Of a DNA stretch of 64,000 nt, positions 1 through 10,242 are shown one piece after another. Location: assembly GCA_963715055.1 (NCBI GenBank), contig CAVQRB010000012.1:1640-65639 (forward strand), written 5' to 3'. Numbering within the stretch: the stretch's first letter is position 1; each line of letters starts with the position of its first letter. The stretch comes from an uncultured Alphaproteobacteria bacterium. GTDB lineage: Bacteria > Pseudomonadota > Alphaproteobacteria > Rhodobacterales > Rhodobacteraceae. The notes beneath the pieces were generated by a model. The model was not told the DNA's origin and did not search any database. It saw nothing but the letters and a program-made list of their open reading frames with translations. Position numbers and translations under genes: made by a program.

Positions 1-539
1 TCACCGCCGAGGCAGACGTCGTGGCCAAGGCCGACCGGATCGTCCTGCCGGGCGACGGGGCCTTTCCCGCCTGCATGCGCAGCCTCAAAGGCCATTCCGG
101 GTTGCATGACGCGCTGATCGAGGCGGTGGAGCAGAAGGGCAGGCCGTTTCTGGGCATTTGTGTCGGCATGCAGCTCATGGCCAGTTGGGGTCGGGAATAT
201 GGCGACACGCCTGGGCTTGGCTGGGTGTCAGGCGAGGTGGTACGCATCGTACCGGACGATGCGGCGCTGAAGGTGCCGCATATGGGCTGGAACGATCTCG
301 TTATCGACAGCCCGCATCCTCTGTTCGACGGCGTCAAGACCGGTGATCATGCCTATTTCGTTCACAGCTACCACATGGTGCTCGCCAACCCGAGCGAGAG
401 GCTCGCCCATGTCGATTACGGTGGCGCGGTTACTGCGGTGGTGGGTACGGATACGCGGATCGGCTTGCAGTTTCACCCCGAAAAAAGCCAGGCAGCCGGT
501 TTGCGCATGATCGCAAATTTCCTGAAGTGGAATCCTTAG
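1..539 (+). CDS. hisH: Imidazole glycerol phosphate synthase glutamine amidotransferase subunit HisH (5' end outside window)
   Basis: ORF open to window edge; class-I GATase motifs GICVGMQ and FHPEKS; his genes follow downstream. Confidence 0.9.
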   Translation, partial: TAEADVVAKADRIVLPGDGAFPACMRSLKGHSGLHDALIEAVEQKGRPFLGICVGMQLMASWGREYGDTPGLGWVSGEVVRIVPDDAALKVPHMGWNDLVIDSPHPLFDGVKTGDHAYFVHSYHMVLANPSERLAHVDYGGAVTAVVGTDTRIGLQFHPEKSQAAGLRMIANFLKWNP

Positions 540-605
540 GTACAGGCTGCCAGTTGCCTCTCCGATGCTTTCCTTCGGCCAGCGCGCGTCGGTTGGCAAA
601 CCTTG

Positions 606-1076
606 CTAGGCAATGTTTCGCGGAGGATGCGCCGGTGGTTCGCCGAAGAATACCGGTTGCCCATCGTTGTCGAGCAACGACCAGCGCGCCGCCACGATAT
701 GATAGCTATGGGTCTCCCAGCCGCTCTCGTCGCGCTTGGACTTGCGCCGCCATGCGCCTTCGATCCGGGCCGGGCAGCGCACCTTGTCGATATCCGGCGC
801 ACTCGACTTGGACGCCTCCGCGGCCTGACATGCCCGGTGCCACAAGGCTTTCAGACGCGCCTCAAGCGGGCCTGCGTCGCGCATGCGGCGCCCGGCAAAG
901 ACCACCTCGACCTCATGTTGGCCGTTGACGAAAGCCCGAACGGTGAGGTCGTTCCGCCCCGACCGCGTCATCTGTGGGACAAGGTCGACCGAGACCTGAC
1001 AGATGCTGCCGCTGAAAAGGCTCGCATCCTCATAGTCCGCCGATACCTGGTGATCAGCTTTCCTGTGTTGCAGCAT
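606..1076 (-). CDS. Hypothetical protein (156 aa)
   Basis: ORF 606..1076 has high GC3 and a protein-like composition; the overlapping plus-strand ORF 603..1178 is Arg/Pro-rich shadow; no family recognised. Confidence 0.5.
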   Translation of the reverse strand: MLQHRKADHQVSADYEDASLFSGSICQVSVDLVPQMTRSGRNDLTVRAFVNGQHEVEVVFAGRRMRDAGPLEARLKALWHRACQAAEASKSSAPDIDKVRCPARIEGAWRRKSKRDESGWETHSYHIVAARWSLLDNDGQPVFFGEPPAHPPRNIA

Positions 1077-1251
1077 CGTCGATCAGACCCCGCTCGTTTG
1101 GCAAGCCTGCCCGCCAGGGAATCGCCGGGAGGACAGGAACGACATCAGGTTACGAAATGCCCGTTAAGGAAGGGTTGAGGCAAACCTGGACCCATTTCCG
1201 GGCGATCTCATGGCCGCGCCGAAGACATTCACCGGGCGGCCATGAATATCG

Positions 1252-1638
1252 TCAGTTCAAGCGATTCCACGACTGCTTCGAGCAGATCAAGCCGCCGGCC
1301 ACACAGCCCGACAGCTTCATGCTGTTGCCGTTCAGAGCAATCTTGCCGAGGTAGATCTTGTCATTGCTCGGTCGCCAGACCTGCCCCTTGTAGTTGCCGT
1401 CGCCTTGTGGCGCCATGTCGATCACCAGCGTCTTGCCCAGGTTAGGTGACTGGTACTCCGACCCGTCCTTGAAGGTCCGTTCGATCTTGCCGCAGAAATT
1501 CGCCCCGCAGGGTGCGATGGCCACATGGGCGTAGGCACCTTCGTCTTCCTGTGTCTGCCAGAGCCCTTCGATCGGGTCTGCGCCTGCCACACCGGCGAAT
1601 GCGACCAGCAGGGCCGCGCTCAACATCATTCGTTTCAT
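1252..1638 (-). CDS. DUF2147-like periplasmic protein
   Basis: Start moved to MKRMML (GGAGGAGAAATC upstream); signal peptide ...AGVAGA; motifs GLWQT, GKI, YxGKIxxPxxGKxY-like repeat typical of DUF2147. Confidence 0.75.
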   Translation of the reverse strand: MKRMMLSAALLVAFAGVAGADPIEGLWQTQEDEGAYAHVAIAPCGANFCGKIERTFKDGSEYQSPNLGKTLVIDMAPQGDGNYKGQVWRPSNDKIYLGKIALNGNSMKLSGCVAGGLICSKQSWNRLN

Positions 1639-1775
1639 GATTTCTCCTCCCATGATTGGCGCGCAGACTGATGCCAAAGCGCGAATTCCTGCAAGCATGA
1701 CGGTACGTCGCGTTGCACAAGCCGTGGTCGCTGTGCAAAAAGCAGCCGGAACCTAGGAAACGATCGGAGCAGCGC

Positions 1776-2507
1776 ATGATCCTTTATCCCGCAATCGACC
1801 TCAAGGACGGTCAGGCCGTGCGGCTTGTGCATGGGGACATGGCGCGCTCGACAGTCTTCAACGACGATCCCGCGGCCCAGGCTCGGGCTTTCGTCGAAGC
1901 CGGCTGCGCCTGGCTGCATCTGGTCGATCTGAACGGCGCTTTTGCGGGCCAACCGGTGAATGCAGCGGCCGTGGAAGCGATTCTCAAGAGCTGCAAGGTG
2001 CCTGCACAACTGGGCGGTGGCATCCGGACCATGGCCACGATCGAGGCCTGGCTCGACAAGGGGCTGGCACGGGTCATCCTTGGCACCGTGGCGGTGGAGA
2101 ACCCCGACCTTGTACGCGAGGCCGCGAAGGCCTTTCCGGGTAAGGTCGCCGTCGGCATCGATGCGCGGAACGGGTTTGTCGCCACGAAAGGCTGGGCCGA
2201 GGAAACCGATGTGAAGGTCACGGATCTCGCGCGCTCCTTCGAGGACGCGGGCGTCGCGGCGATCATCTACACCGACATCCTGCGCGATGGCGCCATGGGC
2301 GGCCCGAACGTCGCGGCGACAGCGGAACTTGCGCGCAGCGTCTCGATTCCCGTCATCGCCTCGGGCGGCGTCGCTTCGCTCGAAGACCTGCTGACCTTGC
2401 GCGACACCGGGGTCATCTCGGGGGCCATTTCGGGCCGTGCGCTCTATGACGGGGCCATCGACCTGCGCAGGGCCTTGCAGGCACTGGCGGAACCGGCCCT
2501 GCCCTGA
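1776..2507 (+). CDS. hisA: ProFAR isomerase HisA
   Basis: [18 protein letters not shown]-terminus, GGGIR, ASGGV motifs; start chosen at internal Met of ORF 1713..2507. Confidence 0.9.
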   Translation: MILYPAIDLKDGQAVRLVHGDMARSTVFNDDPAAQARAFVEAGCAWLHLVDLNGAFAGQPVNAAAVEAILKSCKVPAQLGGGIRTMATIEAWLDKGLARVILGTVAVENPDLVREAAKAFPGKVAVGIDARNGFVATKGWAEETDVKVTDLARSFEDAGVAAIIYTDILRDGAMGGPNVAATAELARSVSIPVIASGGVASLEDLLTLRDTGVISGAISGRALYDGAIDLRRALQALAEPALP

Positions 2508-2567
2508 GGTCGCGCGGGACGCTGCATTCGTCTTGCTCCCGAAAGCGCCGCCCGCTACACCGCCCAC

Positions 2568-3329
2568 ATGCTGAAGACCCGCATCATCCCCTGTCTTGAC
2601 GTGGCCGACGGCCGCGTGGTCAAGGGCGTCAACTTCGTCGACCTGCGCGATGCGGGTGATCCGGTGGATGCCGCCATCGCCTATGATGCCGCAGGGGCAG
2701 ATGAGCTCTGCTTTCTCGACATCACCGCCACCCATGAAAACCGTGCAACGATGTACGATGTGGTCACGCGCACGGCGGAACATTGCTATATTCCGCTGAC
2801 CGTGGGCGGTGGTGTCCGCACGGTCGCGGATGTGCGGGCCCTGCTGCTTGCGGGGGCCGACAAGGTGTCCTTCAACTCCGCAGCGGTGGCCAATCCGGAT
2901 GTGGTGGCCGAAGCCGCGGACCAGTTCGGCTCGCAGTGCATCGTGGTCGCCATCGACGCCAAGACCGTCAGCCCCGGCAAATGGGAGATCTTTACCCATG
3001 GCGGGCGGCGCGCGACCGGCATCGATGCCGTTGAATTCGCGAGAACCGTCGCAGCCAAGGGTGCGGGGGAAATCCTGCTCACCTCCATGGACCGCGACGG
3101 CACCCGCGCGGGCTTCAACCTGCCCCTCACAAGGGCGATTTCCGACGCCGTCAGCGTGCCGGTCATCGCTTCGGGCGGCGTGGGCACGCTCGATCATCTG
3201 GTCGAAGGCGTGACCTTGGGCGGGGCTTCCGCCGTTCTGGCCGCGTCGATCTTCCATTTCGGCGACTTCACGATCGCGCAAGCCAAGGCGCATATGGCCG
3301 CCGCCGGCATCCCGATGAGGCTGACATGA
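2568..3329 (+). CDS. hisF: Imidazole glycerol phosphate synthase cyclase subunit HisF
   Basis: [24 protein letters not shown] motifs. Confidence 0.95.
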   Translation: MLKTRIIPCLDVADGRVVKGVNFVDLRDAGDPVDAAIAYDAAGADELCFLDITATHENRATMYDVVTRTAEHCYIPLTVGGGVRTVADVRALLLAGADKVSFNSAAVANPDVVAEAADQFGSQCIVVAIDAKTVSPGKWEIFTHGGRRATGIDAVEFARTVAAKGAGEILLTSMDRDGTRAGFNLPLTRAISDAVSVPVIASGGVGTLDHLVEGVTLGGASAVLAASIFHFGDFTIAQAKAHMAAAGIPMRLT

Positions 3330-3634
3330 CACTTCAGGACCTTTTTGCCACCATCGAGGCACGCAAGACCGCCGACCCGGCAAGCAGCTGGACAGCGCAG
3401 CTTCTGGCAAGGGGCCCGGAGAAATGCGCGGAGAAGTTCGGCGAGGAAGCGGTCGAGGCGATCATCGAAGCGGTGAAGGGCGACCAGGCGGCACTCACGA
3501 CGGAGGCGGCGGATGTGCTCTATCACCTCATGGTGATGCTGGTTGCGCGCGATGTCAGCTTGGACGCCGTGCTGGCTGAACTGGAGCGGCGGCAGCAGCA
3601 GTCGGGACTGAGCGAGAAAGCCGGACGCGCCTGA
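3326..3634 (+). CDS. hisE: Phosphoribosyl-ATP pyrophosphatase HisE
   Basis: ATGA overlap with hisF stop; EEAxExI...ADxLYHLMVxL motif. Confidence 0.9.
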   Translation: MTLQDLFATIEARKTADPASSWTAQLLARGPEKCAEKFGEEAVEAIIEAVKGDQAALTTEAADVLYHLMVMLVARDVSLDAVLAELERRQQQSGLSEKAGRA

Positions 3635-3686
3635 ACGCGCGCCGCGCGAGACAGGCATCTCCGTGGCACCTGCGACACATGGCGCG

Positions 3687-4154
3687 TCAGAGCTTCGATG
3701 AAATCACGCCGGTCGCAAAGCCACCCATGCGCAACTCCCCGAAGAGCCGCTGGTATTCGATTTTGGGGCAGCGATTCTGGATCACCGTCACGCCACGCGC
3801 TTCGGCTTCCGCAGCTGCCGCCTCATGGCTCACGCCGATCTGCATCCAGATCGTCTGAAGCTCGGGGAAAGCCGCCAGCGCCTCTTCGACGATCTCGGGG
3901 ACGAATTCGGAGCGCCGGAAGATGTCGACCATATCGACCGACCCCTCGATATGCGCAAGACCAGACACCACCGTCTTGCCCAGCAACTGCTCGCCTGCGT
4001 GCAGTGGATTGACCGGCACCACGTCATATCCCTTGAGCCCGAGATAGCGCGCCACGTAATAGCTGGGCCTCACGGGGTTCAGCGACACGCCCACGACCGC
4101 AATCCGGCGCGTACGTTTCAAGACATCCCTGAGCATTTGATCAGCATATTCCAT
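3687..4154 (-). CDS. CoA-binding domain protein (YccU-like)
   Basis: IAVVGxSxNPxRPSY...GYxVxPVNP pattern of CoA-binding Rossmann proteins. Confidence 0.85.
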   Translation of the reverse strand: MEYADQMLRDVLKRTRRIAVVGVSLNPVRPSYYVARYLGLKGYDVVPVNPLHAGEQLLGKTVVSGLAHIEGSVDMVDIFRRSEFVPEIVEEALAAFPELQTIWMQIGVSHEAAAAEAEARGVTVIQNRCPKIEYQRLFGELRMGGFATGVISSKL

Positions 4155-4359
4155 GCGCCACCTTAAGCATATGCGGGCCGGAAAAAAAAGAACGCCCTAA
4201 GCCAAAGAGGCAAAGGGCGCGACAAGGTACGGAACGAGGGACAGTCATTGGACCGGCAGGCGTTCCATGTCTGCCGGTGCACTAGAGATAAGAACGTCGC
4301 AGCCCGATTTAAGAGTGTCTCGCGATTATGTGAACAGACGATGAAGCTACGGGCAGTGT

Positions 4360-4671
4360 TCAGTCGAAAATATCTTCCACGACATCGAAGATTTCCTCGA
4401 GCGCCCGTGAAAAGAGGCTCTTGCGGCGCTTGGGCCTATGCGTCTTGAGTTTTCTGGGCCGGTGATCGTGTTTCTGAACCTGCAAGGGCTTTGAGTGTTT
4501 GATCTCACGCGGTCTCGCGGTCTCACCGACAGCCTCCATGGGCATGCGCTTGAGATTGTGCAGCGGTGCGCCGCAACTGGCGCATCCCAACTCGTGCCGC
4601 GCCTTGTCGAGAACGAGCGCGGCGCGTGTTCCGCAATAGCAGCAGGTCGCGATCTTGGTGCTGTAGGCCAT
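4360..4671 (-). CDS. Small zinc-ribbon protein with basic tail (hypothetical)
   Basis: CCYCG...CASCG four-Cys ribbon, Lys/Arg-rich middle; GGGAG SD upstream of ATG. Confidence 0.6.
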   Translation of the reverse strand: MAYSTKIATCCYCGTRAALVLDKARHELGCASCGAPLHNLKRMPMEAVGETARPREIKHSKPLQVQKHDHRPRKLKTHRPKRRKSLFSRALEEIFDVVEDIFD

Positions 4672-4694
4672 GGGCTCCCGTTCCGTTCCGCGCT

Positions 4695-5480
4695 TCAGCG
4701 CACCGCACGGCTTGCATATAGGGCGATGGCCGCCGCATTCGAGACGTTCAACGACCCGAAACCACCCGCTGCGTCGATCCGTACCAGCGCGTCTACGGTC
4801 TCCTTGGTCTTTTCGCGCAAACCCGGCCCTTCCGCCCCAAGCACAAGGGCCACTGGCCTGTCGCGCTTGCCCTCTACCGCATCCTCGATCGTCTGGCTTG
4901 CCTCTCCGTCGAGCCCCAGGACGAGGTAGCCCATGGCTTGCAGGTCCCGGATCGCATCGGCGAGATTGCGCACCCGGAGGTAGGGTTGGCGCTCGAGCGC
5001 CCCGCTCGCGGCCTTTGCAAGGGCACCAGTCTCCGGGGCGGAATGATGGCGCGTGCCGATCACCGCCGAAGCCCCCAGCACCTCCGCAGAACGCAGGATG
5101 GCGCCGACGTTGTGCGGGTCCGTCACCCGGTCGAGCATCATGACCCGCGGCGCGTCGGGCCCGATGCAGACATCTTCCAGCCTGCCCCAGTCGAGGGGCT
5201 TTGCCTCGAGTGCCGCCCCTTGATGGACCGAGCCCGGATCAAGCGGGGCTGAAAACTTGCGCGGGTCCACGATCTCGGCCTCGATCCCTGCCGCCTCGAT
5301 CGCATCCGCCAGCTTGGTCTGGGCGTTGAGCGTCACGACAAGACGCAGTTTTTCCCGCGCCGGGTTCAGCAAGGCGTCCCGCACCGCATGCAGCCCGAAG
5401 AGCCAGACCGTCTCGCGCTCGGAAGCTTTGCGGTCCTGCTCCTTCTGCACGACCCACTTGGGTTTTTTCATCTCATCCAT
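4695..5480 (-). CDS. TrmH/SpoU-family RNA 2'-O-methyltransferase (RlmB-like)
   Basis: LDxVTDPHNxGAIxRSA and LVLGAEGxGLR, SLNVSNAAAIALY motifs. Confidence 0.85.
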   Translation of the reverse strand: MDEMKKPKWVVQKEQDRKASERETVWLFGLHAVRDALLNPAREKLRLVVTLNAQTKLADAIEAAGIEAEIVDPRKFSAPLDPGSVHQGAALEAKPLDWGRLEDVCIGPDAPRVMMLDRVTDPHNVGAILRSAEVLGASAVIGTRHHSAPETGALAKAASGALERQPYLRVRNLADAIRDLQAMGYLVLGLDGEASQTIEDAVEGKRDRPVALVLGAEGPGLREKTKETVDALVRIDAAGGFGSLNVSNAAAIALYASRAVR

Positions 5481-5581
5481 CCACCTGATTCAGGCCGCAG
5501 TCCGGCGCGAATTTCGCCTTGACGCCTCATGGCCTCGCTTGTAATCACGCCCGGACCGGGGATGCAACGCATCTGCGGTGT

Positions 5582-5665
5582 GGGCGACAGGCCGCAAGGT
5601 GTGGCAGGGGACTGTAACTCCCTCGCGGAGACGCACGCCTGGTTCGATTCCAGGGTCGCCCACCA
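5582..5665 (+). tRNA. tRNA-Tyr: tRNA-Tyr (anticodon GTA), encoded CCA
   Basis: Hand-folded cloverleaf: acceptor GGGCGAC/GTCGCCC, D stem GCCG/TGGC, anticodon stem GGGGA/TCCCT with loop CTGTAAC, long variable arm, T arm CCTGG-TTCGATT-CCAGG, A-CCA end. Confidence 0.85.
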
Positions 5666-6365
5666 TTCTCAAAATCCAGAACTTCATTCCCGGTTTTCAT
5701 GAATGGCACGATGATGCGTGCTACATTTCCTGTGCTGCGCCGGCGCGCGACGCACCTCCCGATAGCTGATCATTTTGGCCGATGAACCATCCCTTGGAAT
5801 TTACATTTCACCTCGTGGAGCGGAGGCGTGAGGTGGCCAGTCGAACCACATGGCGCCAACTACGTGTAGAGCCTGTAGCCTACGCCTTCAGCAACGCGCT
5901 CTAACCGACTATAAACATGCGGGACCTATCACGGACCCTCGTCCCTGACACGCTTTGAATGCCTGAAAGCGCCCGGTTTACCGGACCGCCGAAGCAGTAT
6001 CTTCAGGCTTTGACCACCGAAAGTACCGGGTTCGGTCGCATCGCGGTTCGAACTTGTTCCAAACGTGAATCGAAAACACCAAGCCGGGCAGCGGCAGAAT
6101 ACGCAAGATACTCTGGAGTGCCCTCACGGCCGCGTCGCAAGCGCTCGCACCGACGTAAGTGAGCATTGCTCCCGCTCACGGCATCGCCTATCGACAGACA
6201 AGGAAAACCGAAGGAGCGGATGCGCGGCTCTGATCTACGCGACACTTGCTGGCGCATGGCGCTTGGGCGTTCGTCACGCTTCGGCATTCCGGGGCATGGC
6301 GATGCGATGCGAGGCGAAACATCCAGTCTGCCTTGCGACGCGCCAACGGAGAGATGGGAGTTGCG

Positions 6366-7385
6366 ATGAACCTCTTTGAGCGATGGCTGACCCTCTGGGT
6401 TGCACTTTGCATCCTGACGGGTCTTCTGCTTGGCACCTATGCACCGGCGCTTTTTGGAACGCTGGCCGCGCTGGAAGTCGCCTCGGTCAATCTTGTCGTT
6501 GCCGTGCTGATCTGGGCGATGGTCTATCCGATGATGATCGGCGTGGATTTCGGCTCGCTCAAGACTGTCGGTCAAAGACCCAAGGGCCTTGTCATCACAC
6601 TGGCGGTGAACTGGCTGATCAAACCCTTCACGATGGCGGCGCTGGCGGTGCTGTTCTTCGAGTATGTCTTCGCGGGGCTGATCGATCCGGATCGCGCGCC
6701 GGAATATATCGCCGGGCTGATCCTTCTGGGCGCCGCGCCCTGCACCGCCATGGTCTTCGTCTGGTCGCAACTGACGAAAGGCGATCCGAACTACACGCTT
6801 GTGCAGGTCTCGGTAAACGACCTGATCATGGTGGTCGCCTTCGCGCCTATCGTGGCTTTCCTGCTGGGCGTGACCGACATCCGCGTGCCTTGGGAGACGC
6901 TGATCCTCTCGGTGGTTCTCTACATCGTCATCCCGTTGATTGCGGGCGCCCTGACGCGGCGGGCGCTGATCGCCCGGGGCGGCGAGGCGGCGGTGGCCCA
7001 TTTCACCACGCGGATCAAGCCCGCCTCGGTCCTCGGTCTGCTCCTGACCGTGGTGCTTCTCTTCGGGTTTCAGGGCCCGGTGATCCTCGCGCAGCCGCTG
7101 CTGATCGGATTGATCGCGGTACCTATCCTGGTCCAATCCTACGGCATCTTCGCGCTGGCCTATGGCTGGGCTTATCTGTGGCGCGTGCCGCACAAGGTCG
7201 CAGCCCCCTGCGCGCTGATCGGCACGTCGAATTTCTTCGAACTGGCGGTCGCCGTGGCGATCGGGCTCTTCGGGCTCAACTCGGGTGCGGCGCTCGCCAC
7301 CGTGGTTGGTGTGCTGGTTGAGGTGCCCGTGATGCTGAGCCTCGTGGCTTTCGCCAACCGCACGCGGGCGAAGTTCCCGGCATGA
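6366..7385 (+). CDS. acr3: ACR3-family arsenite efflux transporter
   Basis: [13 protein letters not shown]-terminus, [13 protein letters not shown], multi-TM; start at internal Met (GGGAG-N6-ATG) of ORF 6246..7385. Confidence 0.9.
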   Translation: MNLFERWLTLWVALCILTGLLLGTYAPALFGTLAALEVASVNLVVAVLIWAMVYPMMIGVDFGSLKTVGQRPKGLVITLAVNWLIKPFTMAALAVLFFEYVFAGLIDPDRAPEYIAGLILLGAAPCTAMVFVWSQLTKGDPNYTLVQVSVNDLIMVVAFAPIVAFLLGVTDIRVPWETLILSVVLYIVIPLIAGALTRRALIARGGEAAVAHFTTRIKPASVLGLLLTVVLLFGFQGPVILAQPLLIGLIAVPILVQSYGIFALAYGWAYLWRVPHKVAAPCALIGTSNFFELAVAVAIGLFGLNSGAALATVVGVLVEVPVMLSLVAFANRTRAKFPA

Positions 7386-7408
7386 CCCTCCTTTCGCGGC
7401 GGGTCATG
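7381..7408. terminator. Hairpin between convergent acr3 and permease genes (possible bidirectional terminator)
   Basis: CATGACCC (7381-7388) pairs with GGGTCATG (7401-7408), 12-nt loop; no clear U-tract. Confidence 0.3.
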
Positions 7409-7413
7409 CCGTT

Positions 7414-8472
7414 TCATGTTACCTGCATCCAGAGCTGAAAGAGAAGCCCCGACGCGAAGGCGCCAGTCAACGACAGTCCGATGTAGAGCGCGAAGACCTG
7501 CGGCCGGGCCAGCGCCCAGACCGCCATTGCCGCCGGGATCGAGGTCACGCCCCCCGCGACGAGGAAGGCCATGCCGGCCCCTGGCGCCATGCCCTGCTCG
7601 ATCAGCCCGCCTACCAGCGGCAGCGCTGCATAGCCGTTGAGGTAGGCCGGAACTCCGACCAGCGTCGCCGTCACGATGGGCAGCAAGCCCTCGCCTCCCA
7701 GCGCCGCGGTGACGGTTTCCGCCGGAATCCAGGCCAGCATGAGGCTTTCGAGAATGAAGGCAAGCGTCAGCCATTTCGCGAGAAACAAGGTGGTGCTCAG
7801 CGCCGTCTTGCCGAATTTCGAACGGCGTTCGGCCTCGGTCCAGAAGCGCCAGACGACGGGCTTCGGCGCGCGGATCTTGGCGCCGCCGCAGCCGCCATTG
7901 CCGATACCCTCGCGCAGCGGATCGGCAAAGGCCCCGCCCTTCATCATGAGGTGCACCACCGTGCCTCCGAAAACGCCCAAGCCGACAGCGGCCACGGTCT
8001 TGGCCACTGCGAACTCGAGATCAAGCACGCCTGCCGTCAGCACGAACATCGACGGGTCCATGATCGGCGAGGCCAGCCAGAAGGCCATGACCGCCGAAAG
8101 CGGCACGCCCATCGCCAGAAGCGCCGCGATCAATGGAATGACGCCGCAGGAACAGAAAGGCGAGATCCCGCCTGCCAAAGCGCCGAACGCGATCATCAGG
8201 ATCGGCGCACCGATGAAGGCCTTGGCGATCAGGTTGTCGGCCCCCGTCGCCCCGGCCCAGGCCGCGATGGCAATCGACAGGATCAGGAAGGGCGCGGTGG
8301 AGAGAAGTGCCTTGCCTGCGAAGACAGCGCTGTCGGCGGCCTGGGGCATATCAAAAACCGCCAGCGCCCCGAGGATTGCGGCGGAGGCGAGCCAGACACG
8401 CTGGTCCTGCCAAAGGTGCCGGAGCGTAGACCGGAGACCGGGGGCTGCGAGTGTCGTGTCTGTCATCACCAT
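7414..8472 (-). CDS. UPF0718/ArsP-like permease (putative organoarsenical efflux)
   Basis: Multi-TM protein with vicinal-Cys motif SPFCSCGVIPL as in ArsP-type permeases; downstream of arsR on same strand. Confidence 0.75.
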   Translation of the reverse strand: MVMTDTTLAAPGLRSTLRHLWQDQRVWLASAAILGALAVFDMPQAADSAVFAGKALLSTAPFLILSIAIAAWAGATGADNLIAKAFIGAPILMIAFGALAGGISPFCSCGVIPLIAALLAMGVPLSAVMAFWLASPIMDPSMFVLTAGVLDLEFAVAKTVAAVGLGVFGGTVVHLMMKGGAFADPLREGIGNGGCGGAKIRAPKPVVWRFWTEAERRSKFGKTALSTTLFLAKWLTLAFILESLMLAWIPAETVTAALGGEGLLPIVTATLVGVPAYLNGYAALPLVGGLIEQGMAPGAGMAFLVAGGVTSIPAAMAVWALARPQVFALYIGLSLTGAFASGLLFQLWMQVT

Positions 8473-8521
8473 ATCTCCGGAATTATCGTTGTATCAGGGT
8501 AGAAAAATAGAAAAGCCATCC

Positions 8522-8839
8522 TCATGCGGCGTCCTCCGACGGTCGGGCAACGACGCCGGTACAGCATTCTGAGGTCAGAAACCCGAGCACCCGCCGCATT
8601 GCGGGAAAATCGACCCGATTGAACACCTCACGCCCCTGCCTGTCCTGAAGCACCAGACCCGCATCGACCAGCGTCGAGAGATGATGCGCCAGGGTCGACG
8701 GTGCCATCTCCAGATGCTCGCCGATATCGCTGACGCGCAAACCGTCATCGCCGGCCTTCACCAGCAGGCGAAAGATCGACAGGCGGGCATCATGGCCGAG
8801 GGCGGCAAGGGCGCGGGCGTTTGGGCTGGTTAGTGTCAT
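8522..8839 (-). CDS. arsR: ArsR/SmtB-family metalloregulator
   Basis: Winged HTH (RLSIFRLL...VSDIGEHLEMAPSTLAHHLSTL...GLV), C-terminal ECC pair. Confidence 0.9.
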   Translation of the reverse strand: MTLTSPNARALAALGHDARLSIFRLLVKAGDDGLRVSDIGEHLEMAPSTLAHHLSTLVDAGLVLQDRQGREVFNRVDFPAMRRVLGFLTSECCTGVVARPSEDAA

Positions 8840-8853
8840 GCTTCAAATATAAC

Positions 8854-8871
8854 TACAAAACTAGTTTTGTA
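8854..8871. promoter_or_regulatory. Perfect 18-bp palindrome, putative ArsR operator
   Basis: TACAAAACTAGTTTTGTA lies 15 bp upstream of the arsR start codon in an AT-rich stretch. Confidence 0.5.
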
Positions 8872-9179
8872 AATGATTCTGTTTTGATGCCACGGAACTG
8901 ATGTGCGCCGAATGCGCCGGACTGCATTTCACGTCCTTCGGTCGATTTGTCTTTCCCAGCCGTCTCATCTGCCGAAATGCTCTTGGCGTTTGGGGACACG
9001 TCGGGGCGATGCGCGTCCCTGCCGGCATCCTGCAAAGCCTGCCTTCGGCCTCGGGGCGCGTCCATCAAACGGTCTGCATGGAGGCACTGCTGTGCAAGAC
9101 CACAGCCCGAAGAATGCATCGTATCCCCGACAAGACAAAGGGATCTCCGCATGATTCAAACGGGTTTCCTGAGAGCGGA

Positions 9180-10241
9180 TCAGGATTTCCAGGTTCGTTC
9201 GAGTACGGCGAGCCAGTTTTCATGGCAGAGCTTCGTCATCAGCGCCGCGTCATACCCGTGCTGCGACAAGGCCCGGCGCAGCGCCCCCAGACCGGCAGCG
9301 TCATGCAGCGCGGCAGGCACCTGCGCGCCGTCGAAATCGGATCCGAAGCCCACGCGATCCTCGCCCAGATGGTCGATCAAGTGATCGAGATGCCGCAGCA
9401 TCGGTTCGAACCCCCGGTCGTCCGCCTTTTTCCCATCCGTGTTGAGAAAGCCTGTGGCGAAATTCAATCCGACCATGCCGTCGCTTTCCCGGATCATCGC
9501 CAGTTGCCGGTCGGTCAGGTTGCGCGAGGAGGCCGTGACCGCGTGGGCGTTCGAATGTGTCGCCACCAGCGGTGCGGTGCTCAGCGCCGCTACGTCGTTG
9601 AACCCCGCCTCGTTCAGATGCGACAGATCGACCATGATGCCCAAGTCGTTGCAGAGCGCGATCAGATCCTTGCCCGCGCCTGTCAGCCCGGGTCCGGTAT
9701 CAGGCGAGGACGGATAGGCAAAGGGCACGCCGTGACCGAAGACCGTCGGACGGCTCCAGACCGGGCCGAGCGACCGCAGCCCCATGTCGTGAAAGAGGTA
9801 AAGCGCATCGAGATCGGCGCCGATGGCTTCGGCCCCTTCGATGTGCATGATCGCGGCGATGACACCCGTCGCCATGCAGTCGCGTATCTCGGCGACGCTC
9901 CGGCAGATGCGCAAGCCGCCTTCCGAAGACCGTTCCATCCACTTCAGATGCCCTGCCATCGCAAGCGCCACGGGCTGGGCCTCGGCCACATCGATCGGGT
10001 CTGGCAAGGGCAGGTGATAGGGCGGGTTTTCCATGTCGTCGTCGATGTTCTCGCGGACCTCCGGCGACGCGATGTAGATGGCGAAGAAGCCGCCGGCAAA
10101 TCCCCCCTGCCGCATCCTCGGCAAATCGAGATGACCCTGACCGGTGTCGGTCAGCCAGGTTGCATCACGGTTCTTCGGATCGCGCAGAAGCCGCAGGAGG
10201 AAATCGTTGTGCCCGTCGAAAATCAGCGGCGTCATCGTCAT
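9180..10241 (-). CDS. Membrane dipeptidase (peptidase M19)
   Basis: FDGHNDF N-terminal motif and HSNAHA, GxDFDG motifs; start at MTMTPLIF abuts the stop of the upstream ATPase gene (2-nt gap). Confidence 0.85.
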   Translation of the reverse strand: MTMTPLIFDGHNDFLLRLLRDPKNRDATWLTDTGQGHLDLPRMRQGGFAGGFFAIYIASPEVRENIDDDMENPPYHLPLPDPIDVAEAQPVALAMAGHLKWMERSSEGGLRICRSVAEIRDCMATGVIAAIMHIEGAEAIGADLDALYLFHDMGLRSLGPVWSRPTVFGHGVPFAYPSSPDTGPGLTGAGKDLIALCNDLGIMVDLSHLNEAGFNDVAALSTAPLVATHSNAHAVTASSRNLTDRQLAMIRESDGMVGLNFATGFLNTDGKKADDRGFEPMLRHLDHLIDHLGEDRVGFGSDFDGAQVPAALHDAAGLGALRRALSQHGYDAALMTKLCHENWLAVLERTWKS

Positions 10242-10242
10242 G

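Noticed and set aside
1635-3410. 591-aa minus-strand ORF covering hisA and hisF
   Set aside because: It is antisense to two clearly motif-bearing his genes. Its Arg/Gly/Ala/Pro-rich, low-complexity translation is typical of shadow ORFs in high-GC DNA.
5815-5925. Possible second tRNA, tRNA-Sec or permuted tmRNA on the minus strand (TAGTCGGTTAGAGC, GGTTCGACT, ...GCTCCA)
   Set aside because: I could not form an acceptor stem, anticodon stem or T stem. There is no ANDN...LAA tag frame, and too little space before tRNA-Tyr for a tmRNA coding piece. It is kept only as debris in a finding.
6003-7193. 396-aa minus-strand ORF opposite acr3; also 7676..8572 (+) opposite the permease, 8901..10256 (+) opposite the dipeptidase, and 13731..15380 (+) opposite the SBP gene
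   Set aside because: All are antisense shadows of genes with strong family motifs. Their translations are Arg/His/Gly/Pro-rich and show no motifs.
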